Of a stretch of 27,749 bases of DNA, positions 1-9,611 are shown in pieces. Source of the stretch: Macrostomum lignano. Taxonomy: Eukaryota. Position 1 is the stretch's first letter; each line of letters begins with the position of its first letter. Position numbers and translations under genes: made by a program. The DNA is taken from positions 1-27,749 of the forward strand of contig NIVC01000101.1 of NCBI GenBank assembly GCA_002269645.1, written 5' to 3'. Under the pieces are notes generated by a model. That model worked only from the letters and a program-made list of their open reading frames with translations. It ran no database searches and was not told the DNA's origin.

Positions 1-818
1 TGGCCAATATTCGTTCCAGATAGCATTGCATTGGTTTTGAGCACAGAGTCACAGCGATGGTAGTCTCTCTGCAAATGCTTCTTTAGCTTTGTTGTGATGA
101 CATCAAACTTGGTGCAAGGAGTGTCACAAAGTGTCAACTATTTGTCCATGACTTGCAAAGTCAGTTGGAAGAAAGAGGACACAACCTACATAGGAGAAAG
201 GAATGGATAAGGAAAGGAGCACTAAGTTAAGTTCACTAAGTCTAGAGTATTAATTCTCCATTACATAATTAAAAAGTATACAAAACAATTATGCATATTA
301 GCATATAGTATTCATGTAATCATGCAATCCATTTTTAGGCTGACTTACTTGCAGAATACACCGCAAAGCTTTGCAGAGTATGCAAAGCATGCATTAGGAC
401 CAGTTAGATGCTAGTATGACAAATAGCGCTTGTGCAGATTGCCCTTGTTTGACTTAAGAGTGAAAGGGAATGAGTATCCAGGTGGTGACACCTAGCAGTC
501 CTTGAGGAATAGCAATCGCAAAGATGTGTCCAGCTTTCCTTTTAGACAAAGCTCAACAGTGTATCCTATGTCATTCTCAGCAATAGGTGTCGGTGACGCT
601 GAGCATTCTGGTTCACATTTAGTAGGCAAAGCCAGAGGCAGTACAGGCACTGCAGATGAAATAGAGCTAGTCAAGCATGGTCCAGCCCCAGTTGCAGCTG
701 CTGTACTAGCAGAAAGCTCAGAGTCAGAAGGCTCAGAAGGCACAGGAGGTGGGCAAGACCTCTTAAAGTTATCAAATAATGAATGGATGTCATGAGACTG
801 CACCTTTCGCTTGCTCAT
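1..818 (-). pseudogene. Degenerate hAT-superfamily transposase, N-terminal part (TTF-type zinc finger; ZMYM1/THAP12-like group), with one spliceosomal intron
   Basis: Reading past the stop of ORF 492-818 gives LKDC*VSPPGYSFPFTLKSNKGNLHKRYLSY*HLTGPNACFAYSAKLCGVFCK. A GTAAGT donor follows at ~348 and a pyrimidine tract+TGTAG acceptor at 186. The next exon gives CVLFLPTDFASHG... and, in another frame, TPCTKFDVITTKLKKHLQRDYH. This fits the W..P..Y.FP / AYS....G.FCK.C.LF / K..KH...YH pattern of hAT N-termini. It has two in-frame stops and at least two frameshifts. Family assignment is from motif recall, not a search. Confidence 0.7.
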
Positions 819-1465
819 TGTTTCTTCAATAATAAACTAGTAGAAGGCGAGGCTTATAACAGTCACAGATAACAAAAGTCAATATCCATTGCTTTATTAA
901 AACAGGCTGTGTCAATTTAATTAAGAGCTGGGAGGGGAAGGGGTCGGGGATGAAAGGGGAAGGGGTGGAGTAAGGCCAGGGCGGGCAGGGCCAACCAATA
1001 TGTATATATAATACATGCATACTGGGGTTGGGTGGGGTCCTGAGATTGTGACTAGGAGAGAAAAATTCAACTCCAGGCCTCAATATCCAGGCCTCAGCAA
1101 GTTCGGACTCCATTCCAGCTATTTTGGCTTTAAAGAAAAGGGTAAATTCTAGCCAAACAGTGTTACACTGGGTCCTTACATCCCATTCTGCTTTTTGATT
1201 CATTTCATTTCATTGCACTTGCAGTCCAGTCCATGAGGACCATGACTCGAGTGAGTTGAGTGACAAGTCACTCACTAAAATAGAACTGGAACCCCTAGGG
1301 CTCATGCAATAACAACCCTCAAGACTGTGGAATGAATCACCAGAATTTGCCTAAAGTTTTGTACTTGCTACACTATCTCTAATTTCCTAACATAGATTTA
1401 AAAAACAATTAATTCATTTCTTTCAAAGAAACTGAATGCAAAAAAATTTGAGACATCAAATTTTG

Positions 1466-1508
1466 GGGGTATCAGCCGATACACTAATACCCCCTCGCTA
1501 CACCATTG
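1466..1508 (-). mobile_element. Candidate hAT-type terminal sequence (possible 5' end of the transposase element)
   Basis: The minus strand begins CAATGGTGTAGCGAGGGGGTATT, resembling CAGTGGCGTAGC-type hAT ends, with a subterminal inverted repeat GGGGGTAT...ATACCCCC. It lies ~690 nt upstream of the transposase ATG in the same orientation. The partner end is not in the window. Confidence 0.4.
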
Positions 1509-2748
1509 ACTCTGGCTGCCGGGGTCCTCAATTCTGGGGGGGGGGTAGTTTGGTCATAGATGAGCGGTCTTTGTTAGGTGTGAACTTTTAGATAGGGTCC
1601 TCAGACACCAAATTGATGTACCTCTAATGCTTGACTGATTATTTCCAGTAGAGTAGTGCTGCCACTACTGTAATTTCATATTACAAAACGTTGAAGTCTT
1701 AGAGCTTTCTTTGAGTTGAGAACTTGGTTATTTTATTCCCCACAGGCAAATGACTTAAGATAGGCTATGGCTTTTAATTAAGTCTTAAACAAAGAACAAA
1801 TTGACATTAGTTTATTAAATCAGCAGCTGGATATTATAAATATACTGGAGTCAACCCAACGACAGAAATGGTTCAGGGAAGCCACGATGCGGGGCCCTAA
1901 ACTAACTAAACTCGAGTCACTAGTCTTTAGTAATAGGGTTTACTTAACTGAAAATGAATAGCAAGTATTAAAATCAAGTATTATTAAATTAATTTGAGTA
2001 AGCCATAAAATGACTAGAAAACAAAAAACCAAAAAGGGGAGGCAAGCCTTTTGGAGACAGGCAAAAAGAGGCCTAGTTAAATAACAAAAGAGGAGCAGAA
2101 GGTGGGCAAAGTGGTCCAGAGAATGGGAATAGGGCATGGACACCAAGACCAAGGCCCAGAACTTGGCGAGCAAAAGTTCCACAGAGATGCATAAAGAAAA
2201 ACAAAACAAAACAGAAAAAGGGCATAAAAAACTAGAAAAAGGAAAGTGATGCCAGAAAGAGGGACAAAAGCACGTCATAGATTTTGCCAAGGGGTGGACA
2301 GATAGGGCCAGAAATAGGGCAGCAACAAATGGGAGAGTCCATAAAATGTTATTATGAAATTAAAAATTTGTTAGTGGGAGTCTGCAACTACCACAATTAT
2401 AATATTGATTAGGCCTATTGAATAATAAATATTAAACTATAGGCTTAGTTCTTACTAAAGCTAGGCTAAAGACAGTCTAGAGACTAGAAAGAAAGATTTT
2501 GTCTTTTGTATTTTCTTATGTAATAAAAACATTGACAAGCATTTTGACATCTCATTCATTAAATTTGGCCAAGTAATCAAAAAGTTATAACATTTTCATG
2601 TTTTGATTTTCTTGGAAATTTTGGTTTATTCAGTAATGTATTTTCCTATAAGTATAAATAGGATTCTACAATCATTTTGGTCTAATAAGGGTCTAACTTA
2701 CTTTTTGTATAACTAAAAATTAATACATTAAAATTACTCTGATACTCT

Positions 2749-2925
2749 AGATCATATAGTATATGCCCAAAAATTTGGGCATACATTGGCCATAGCCTCG
2801 AGTATATACTATGTGTACAGGAACATCTCCTGGCTATGCATGCCCTTGCAGAGAGGAAGAGGCCAGGAGGGAAGGTCTGCAGTCTACACCACATGCCAAT
2901 AGACTGGGGTATGAAAGGCATTTAA
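2749..2925 (+). mobile_element. Probable degenerate GIY-YIG endonuclease remnant of a Penelope-like element
   Basis: An unlisted + frame reads RSYSICPKIWAYIGHSLEYILCVQEHLLAMHALAERKRPGGKVCSLHHMPIDWGMKGI*. The Y.I.C...YIG / EH / AL.E / H..IDW spacing resembles Penelope GIY-YIG domains. No RT domain is recognisable nearby. Confidence 0.4.
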
Positions 2926-3856
2926 ACAATTGTTTGAGTGTATCAATTTTCTGTTATAAAGAGTAAAGACTATGAAAATTATTTTTGTTTGTATGACTTT
3001 TCTATTACTTGATTTAATTTTATAAACAAGAAATTATTGCTTAGTTTTGATGGAAGATGACCTAATATTTACCTTTTAATATAACTAGCATTTTTATAGC
3101 TCTATTAATATTTATACCCATAGTCAGGATCATGTCATGGTATACGCCGGAATAAAAAGTCCCCTAAAAAATCTATGCCACTTTATACTGAAATGTATGC
3201 CAAGGTCCTAGGAACTTACGCTAGGTTTTTTAGGCTTTGCAACAGTAAATGACCTTTTTTGCGTGTTACACATTTTTGCCTACTTTATAAACATCAAAAA
3301 ATGTACCATGAACTTCACAAAGATTATAAGTAAATGATTCCTTCTTCTTCAAATAAATTATTTAACAAATGTGTGGTTGTTGGTCAATTGTTGGTCAACC
3401 AGGCCAATCTGGTTGCCCCTATCGTGTCAATTTGCTCTTCAACTTCTTGCTGCCATGAATGTATAATTGCCCAGTCAGGATTTTGGCATATGAGTATACA
3501 GCACCCTAAATTGTGGTAGATCAGGGTTAAGTTTGTTGTTAGAGGCTGTGTTATGGACAAGCACAGAGATGGCATTAGTCAACTGGCTGGACTGAATTTG
3601 GACTCTAAGCTTAGGATCATATCGCAAGACTTAGTCAACTTGTCCCTATGGCGCAATTTGAACCTAGCCAGACTAGCAATTAAATCAGGCACAACTCATT
3701 CTTTGACTTGACACAGCAGTGACAATGGTGGCAATAAGGATAGACTCTCTAATTTTGAAAGTGAATACTTTTAAGTAAATAACTTTTTTGGTCAGTTACT
3801 AGACTCAGCAGAGTCTACATTGGCATGGAGGTTGTCTCCCATACCCCCACATGTGC

Positions 3857-3860
<4 letters not shown>

Positions 3861-3886
<26 letters not shown>
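3861..3886. repeat. (AT)13 microsatellite
   Basis: Directly visible. Confidence 0.95.
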
Positions 3887-3893
<7 letters not shown>

Positions 3894-5638
3894 TTTGCAC
3901 TAGCTAGTTAGGCCCCAAGGGTATTGCTACCCTAGACCCAGCTAGCCAAAATTATAAAATTCACAACTTATAGAATGCAATAGGGTTATGATTGGAGAAA
4001 AATAGCAACCTAATTGATTGGCTGGGCCACTAGCCAATTGCGGGACAAGCAAGGGGTGCAGCTAGCCAAAGCTGGCTGGCCCAGACAGGCAATGGGTTGG
4101 GTGGCATATACACAACTGCATAAACAACCAAAGGGGGAAAAGTGGTGACAGGTGCACTGACTAAAAGCCTAAGATGGCTAAGCAGTGCAGATATACCTTG
4201 ATAAAACAAGTTGCAAAATTGAATTGACCAAAAACAAAAAAGCTAAGAACCAAGAAAGAAAGAAAAAGGCAAGAGGAAAGACAGAAAAGTAGTACAAAGA
4301 ATTAAAAATGGTCAAGCAGAAGAAAAGCAAGTTGCAACAGAAGCAAATTAAGTTGCAACAAGAGCAACTAAGTTGCAAAACTAAGTCACATTTTTGGTCA
4401 AAACTAAGTTGCATGGCTAACATAATTTTAGAGGTTGTGCATGTATATTGTCTTGCTCATTTTATAAATTGCTGTCATCATTTTAGCTAACTTATGTAAC
4501 AATTATGTAACAAAAATTATGTAACAATAATAAAATACAAGCTTATAGGTTCATAAAACCAATGAGTTAAACCATGCCATTTTATGATATTTAGGACAAG
4601 GTACTGGAGGTTTTATATAAATATAGCAATGATAAATTAAGTATTAGGTGTCAAAAATAAAGAATTGAACTGAAATGGTATCCAGCTTAATAAATGTAAT
4701 TTTATTGATTTAAAATTAAAAATCAAATCAAAGTTCAAGTCATGGTTTAGTACTAGTACTAGTACTAGCAGATCATTCATTATTCATATGCTCTAATATG
4801 AGCTAAATAATTTATTCTATTTTAATATTATTTTTTATTTATTAACTTGGACAACACTATTATAGCATAGTTTTTAGCTTATTATCACTTAACTTATGCT
4901 TAACTGTGTCCCAGGGCTTGTACTTCAATTCCAAATAGTCGGCACCAATTTTTAACAGTGCTTTTTGTCCTATCACAAAGTGTACTGGATCATTAAACCC
5001 TACTTTGCCCTAATATAAATCTGGTAGTTATTAGTATAGTTCTGTTAGGCCTGAGTGGTCTTACTGGTTACATGTATTATTTTCAATCTTGGCATTATTG
5101 GGATTTGGAAAGTCACAGCTTTACTCTTATTATGGCTTTGCAATCAAATATTTCTCCCAATCCTTCTATTAGTGAATTTTTTCAATCTCTTTTATTGCAA
5201 ATTTATAAGTAATACTTATAGGTCTAAGACTGAATTCTAGTTCTATTTATACTTAGCAAGTTTGTGTATATTTTAACAAATTTTATAGACAGAAAATATT
5301 TTTCATATTATAACAAACATATTCTTTTTTGCACTAATTTAATGAAACTATAACCACTTTCACAATTGGCTAAAACATGATAAATCTTGCCTTATTAGTA
5401 TATTGTGATTGTAATCCAAAATGTAAACCTAATGAACTTATTTCCTAGATAAGCTCTCTATCTAAGCAGTGATTTCTTTATAAAAAAACATTATCCCTTT
5501 TAAACTCTCAGTCAAGCACATAAAATTCTAAGAAATGGTTATTTAGATAATATAAATTATAATAAAATATAATATCTACTACTGATTTGAGTAGTCTCAA
5601 TTACTTATTATTCTTTTTTGTTTTTTCCTAACTAATAG

Positions 5639-7003
5639 ATCTCCGCAAGCAAGGCTCTGATTGTTTCTCAGCTGGCCTACTAGATGACAATGACCCCTAC
5701 ATCTGGCGCGTGACCATCTTTGGGCCGTCTGGCACTCTTTATGAGGGTGGCCTGTTTGTTGCTGAGCTGCGCTTCCCCAAGGACTATCCGAATAGGCCGC
5801 CTAAAATGAAATTCCTCACCGAGATCTGGCATCCCAATGTTGAGTCTGATGGCTCCGTGTGCATCTCCATTCTGCACGAGCCTGGTGAGTCTTTTGTTTG
5901 GTTGAGTTAAGTGAGATTTTTTGATTGATTTCTCAGATCCCCAATTTATGGATTATAATTCCTCATACCCCCAATTTATGGATTATGATTTCTCAGATCC
6001 CCAATTTATGGGTTATAATTCCTCATACCCCCAATTTATGGATTATGATTCCTCAGATCCCCAATTTATGGATTATGGTTCCTCAGATCCCCAATTTATG
6101 GATTATGGTTCCTCAGATCCCCAATTTATGGATTATGATTCCTCAGATCCCCAATTTATGGATTATGGTTCCTCAGATCCCCAATTTATGGATTATGATT
6201 CCTCAGATCCCCAATTTATGGATTATGATTCCTCATACCCCAGTTTATATATTATGATTCCTCATACCCCCAATTTATGGATTATGGTTCCTCAGATCCC
6301 CAATTTATGGATTATGATTCCTCAACTCCTCAATTTATGGATTATGATTCCTCAATTCCTCAATTTATGGATTATGATTCCTCAGATTCTCAATTTATGG
6401 ATTATGATTCCTCAGATACCCAATTTATGGATTATAGTTCCTCAGACCCTCAATTTATGGATTATGATTCCTCAGATCCCCAATTTATGGCTTATGATTC
6501 CCCGGGTCCCCCATTAATGGATTATGATTTCAGATCCCCAATTGAAGGATTATGATTTTAGTTCCCCAATTTAAAAATTATGATTTCAGATCCTTAATTT
6601 TGAGTTCCTTGTCTTTACATCCTCAATTTGAGGTTTCTGAATCCTTTTAAATCTCCATCTTTTGATTTCTCAAATTAAATCAGAAATTTAATGGATTAGA
6701 TTTAGAATGGATTTAGCTCCTGGGGAATATTTAACAAGCTATTTAGCTACACAACTTTCATCGCCTTCGTCTACCCGTCCAGGTGAGGACAAGTGGGGCT
6801 ACGAGCGACCAGAGGAGCGCTGGCTACCAATTCACTCTGTAGAATCCATTGTCATGTCCGTCATCACGATGCTGTCCGAACCGAATCCGGACAGCCCGGC
6901 CAATGTGGACGCGGCCAAGGAGTTTCGCGAGAACCCCGCCAGCTTTAAGAAACGCGTGGCCCGTTGCGTGCGGAAGAGTCAAGAGGAGCCGATATGGGAC
7001 TAG
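5639..7003 (+). CDS. UBE2G1: Ubiquitin-conjugating enzyme E2 G1 (UBC7 family), 5'-partial; exons 5639-5884 and 6783-7003
   Basis: Spliced product (D)LRKQGSDCFSAGLLDDNDPYIWRVTIFGPSGTLYEGGLFVAELRFPKDYPNRPPKMKFLTEIWHPNVESDGSVCISILHEPG|EDKWGYERPEERWLPIHSVESIVMSVITMLSEPNPDSPANVDAAKEFRENPASFKKRVARCVRKSQEEPIWD*. It has the HPN motif, catalytic Cys and the UBE2G/CDC34-type acidic insertion, with canonical phase-1 GT-AG sites. The ~15-codon first exon was not found in the window. Confidence 0.95.
5930..6560. repeat. 30-bp minisatellite (TCCTCAGATCCCCAATTTATGGATTATGAT), ~21 copies, in the UBE2G1 intron
   Basis: Direct periodicity. It generates the repetitive ORFs 5921-6517, 5925-6257 and 6277-6555. 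Confidence 0.95.
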
Positions 7004-7231
7004 GCTAAGAGGGGGTCCGTTGCTTGGGCTAAAAATATTAACAAAAGTTTGTCTCTATTTTCTTTCCCCCCAGACAAATATTGGTTAAAATCACTTCAGT
7101 TTGTTTAAAAATTGTTTCAAATTCTGTTTGTTTGTTTGTTTCGGCTTCAGTTGATTAAAATTTTTGTTTACAACAAGGTCACGCTAGGTAAACCGTACAA
7201 CTTTAAGCTGGCTGATAATCCGAAATTTTTT

Positions 7232-7489
7232 AATAAACAGCCTGAAGTTGTCCGAAGTTTAATTGGGTGTCTGTGTTCTGTCACATACTTTGCTACGTGT
7301 CCAGTGGGTGTTTTTGTTTGCTTGCCTGCGCCCCTGAGAGACCTGATAAATATGCTCTTTTTAGACCCACATTCGCAGGTCTGTCCGGCCTTCCCCCTCC
7401 TTTAGTTGCGCGAAAGAGTTCACTCTGTGTGACAAGCCAAGTTTGAAGGATTAAAAAATGTGCGAAGCAGTTTATGGTTTAATAATAAA
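7232..7489 (+). terminator. Candidate UBE2G1 polyadenylation signals (AATAAA at 7232 and 7484)
   Basis: Two AATAAA hexamers 230 and 480 nt after the stop codon, with T-rich downstream sequence. There is no transcript evidence. Confidence 0.4.
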
Positions 7490-7639
7490 TGCTGTCGGTT
7501 TGGGCCGCCACTGTGGTCGACGCAAATCTATTATTAATTATTATTATTTGTAAGCTTTTAAACTGATTTATTTTTGGCTCTGCTAGATTTATTCACTTTA
7601 TTTAATTATGGGACTATCGTACCTATACAGTATCGGTGT

Positions 7640-9055
7640 GTGAGATGCTAATTGGAGACGGCCTGAGACAGGTATGAGATGCTAATCACAGACAGGTATG
7701 AGATGCTAATCACAGACAGGTATGAGATGCTAATCACAGACAGGTATGAGATGCTAATCACAGACAAGTATGAGATGCTAATCACAGACAGGTATGAGAT
7801 GCTAATCACAGACAGGTATGAGATGCTAATCACAGACAGGTATGAGATGCTAATCACAGACAGGTATGAGATGCTAATCACAGACAGGTATGAGATGCTA
7901 ATCACAGATGGGTGTGAGATGCTAATCACAGACAGGTATGAGATGCTAATCGCAGATGGGTGTGAGATGCTAATCACAGACAGGTATGAGATGCTAATCA
8001 CAGACAGGTATGAGATGCTAATCACAGATGGGTGAGTTGCTAATCACAGACAGGTATGAGATGCTAATCACAGACAGGTATGAGATGCTAATTATAGACA
8101 GGTATGAGATGCTAATCACAGATGGGTGTGAGATGCTAATCACAGACAGGTATGAGATGCTAATCACAGATGGGTATAAGATGCTAATCACAGACAGGTA
8201 TGAGATGCTAATCACAGATGGGTGTGAGATGCTAATCACAGACAGGTATGAGATGCTAATTATAGACAGGTATGAGATGCTAATCACAGATGGGTGAGTT
8301 GCTAATCACAGACAGGTATGAGATGCTAATCACAGATGGGTGTGAGATGCTAATCACAGACAGGTATGAGATGCTAATCACAGACAGGTATGAGATGCTA
8401 ATTATAGACAGGTATGAGATGCTAATCACAGATGGGTGTGAGATGCTAATCACAGACAGGTATGAGATGCTAATCACAGATGGGTGTGAGATGCTAATCA
8501 CAGACAGGTATGAGATGCTAATTATAGACAGGTATGAGATGCTGATCACAGACAGGTATGAGATGCTAATCACAGATGGGTGTGAGATGCTAATCACAGA
8601 TGGGTATGAGATGCTAATCACAGACAGGTATGAGATGCTAATCACAGATGGGTGTGAGATGCTAATCACAGATGGGTGTGAGATGCTAATCACAGATGGG
8701 TATGAGATGCTATACACAGATGGGTATGAGATGCTAATCACAGACAGGTATGAGATGCTAATCACAGATGGGTGTGAGATGCTAATCACAGATGGGTATG
8801 AGATGCTAATCACAGACAGGTATGAGATGCTAATCACAGATGGGTGTGAGATGCTAATCACAGACAGGTATGAGATGCTAATCACAGATGGATGTGAGAT
8901 GCTAATCACAGACAGGTATGAGATGCTAATCACAGATGGATGTGAGATGCTAATCACAGACAGGTGTGAGATGCTAATCACAGACAGGTGTGAGATGCTA
9001 ATCACAGACAGGTGTGAGATGCTAATTACAGACAGGTGTGAGATGCTAATCATAG
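7640..9055. repeat. 24-bp minisatellite (ATGCTAATCACAGACAGGTATGAG), ~59 copies, between UBE2G1 and the GPCR
   Basis: Direct periodicity, with GATGGGTGT variants and two 22-bp units 262 bp apart. Source of the MLITDRYE / ISISYLSV pseudo-ORFs. Confidence 0.97.
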
Positions 9056-9277
9056 GCGAGTTCAGGATTCTAATCTCGTGAAATTTGCAATCTTGAAAAC
9101 CAGAGCCAGTATGGAGCTCAGTTTAATTGCTGATGAATCTGAACAGCGCATTGCATGCGAGTGGAATTCAAGGCAATTATTTTCAGATCAAAGCTTAACG
9201 TGATTAATTATTTTTTCACGATTGACTGAATCCATTGAGCATTTTATAATTTCCTCTTTTGCTATTCACGCAGTCCT

Positions 9278-9370
9278 GGGGCGTGGCACTTCTCAGTGAC
9301 TGCAGATATCGTACGAGCTATAATTAATGATCTCCAATCTAATTGGCACGAGTGTAGCTGGCTATAAATA
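9278..9370 (+). promoter_or_regulatory. Candidate Pol II core promoter of the GPCR gene
   Basis: GC/KLF box GGGGCGTGGC (9278-9287), CCAAT (9334) and TATAAAT (9363-9369) in canonical order. A possible 45-nt 5'-UTR intron lies at 9512-9556 (AAG|GTAAGT...ACAG|GT). Confidence 0.5.
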
Positions 9371-9611
9371 TGCAATAGGAAATCCTCCCACTAAAATTTC
9401 GACGAGTATCTTGTCTTCTAACCTAACTGCTCAACTGACGAGGTATCGACGATGGTGAATGATTGTTGAAGTCGTAAGAACAAAATCCAAGTTTGATTTT
9501 TGATTTTTAAGGTAAGTTTGGATGGATAGTCTGTTAAGAACATTTTCTGCGAACAGGTGTAACAACCAAATCAATTAGTTTCAGAGGCACCTCTGATTCT
9601 GGCAAATTAGA

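Noticed and set aside
3330-3720. Stop-riddled minus-strand frame (...VLRYDPKLRVQIQSSQLTNAISVLVHN...) with faint channel/TE-like look
   Set aside because: No motif I can assign; it needs a profile search.
5921-6555. ORFs of MDYDSSDPQF / IPQIPNLWIM repeats; repeat AGs are in phase with UBE2G1 exon 2
   Set aside because: They are products of a 30-bp (3n) intronic minisatellite, end in stops before exon 3, and would interrupt the E2 fold next to the active site.
7648-9081. Long MLITDRYE / ISISYLSV ORFs on both strands
   Set aside because: A stop-free 24-bp unit gives ORFs automatically, and 22-bp units break the frame with no sign of selection.
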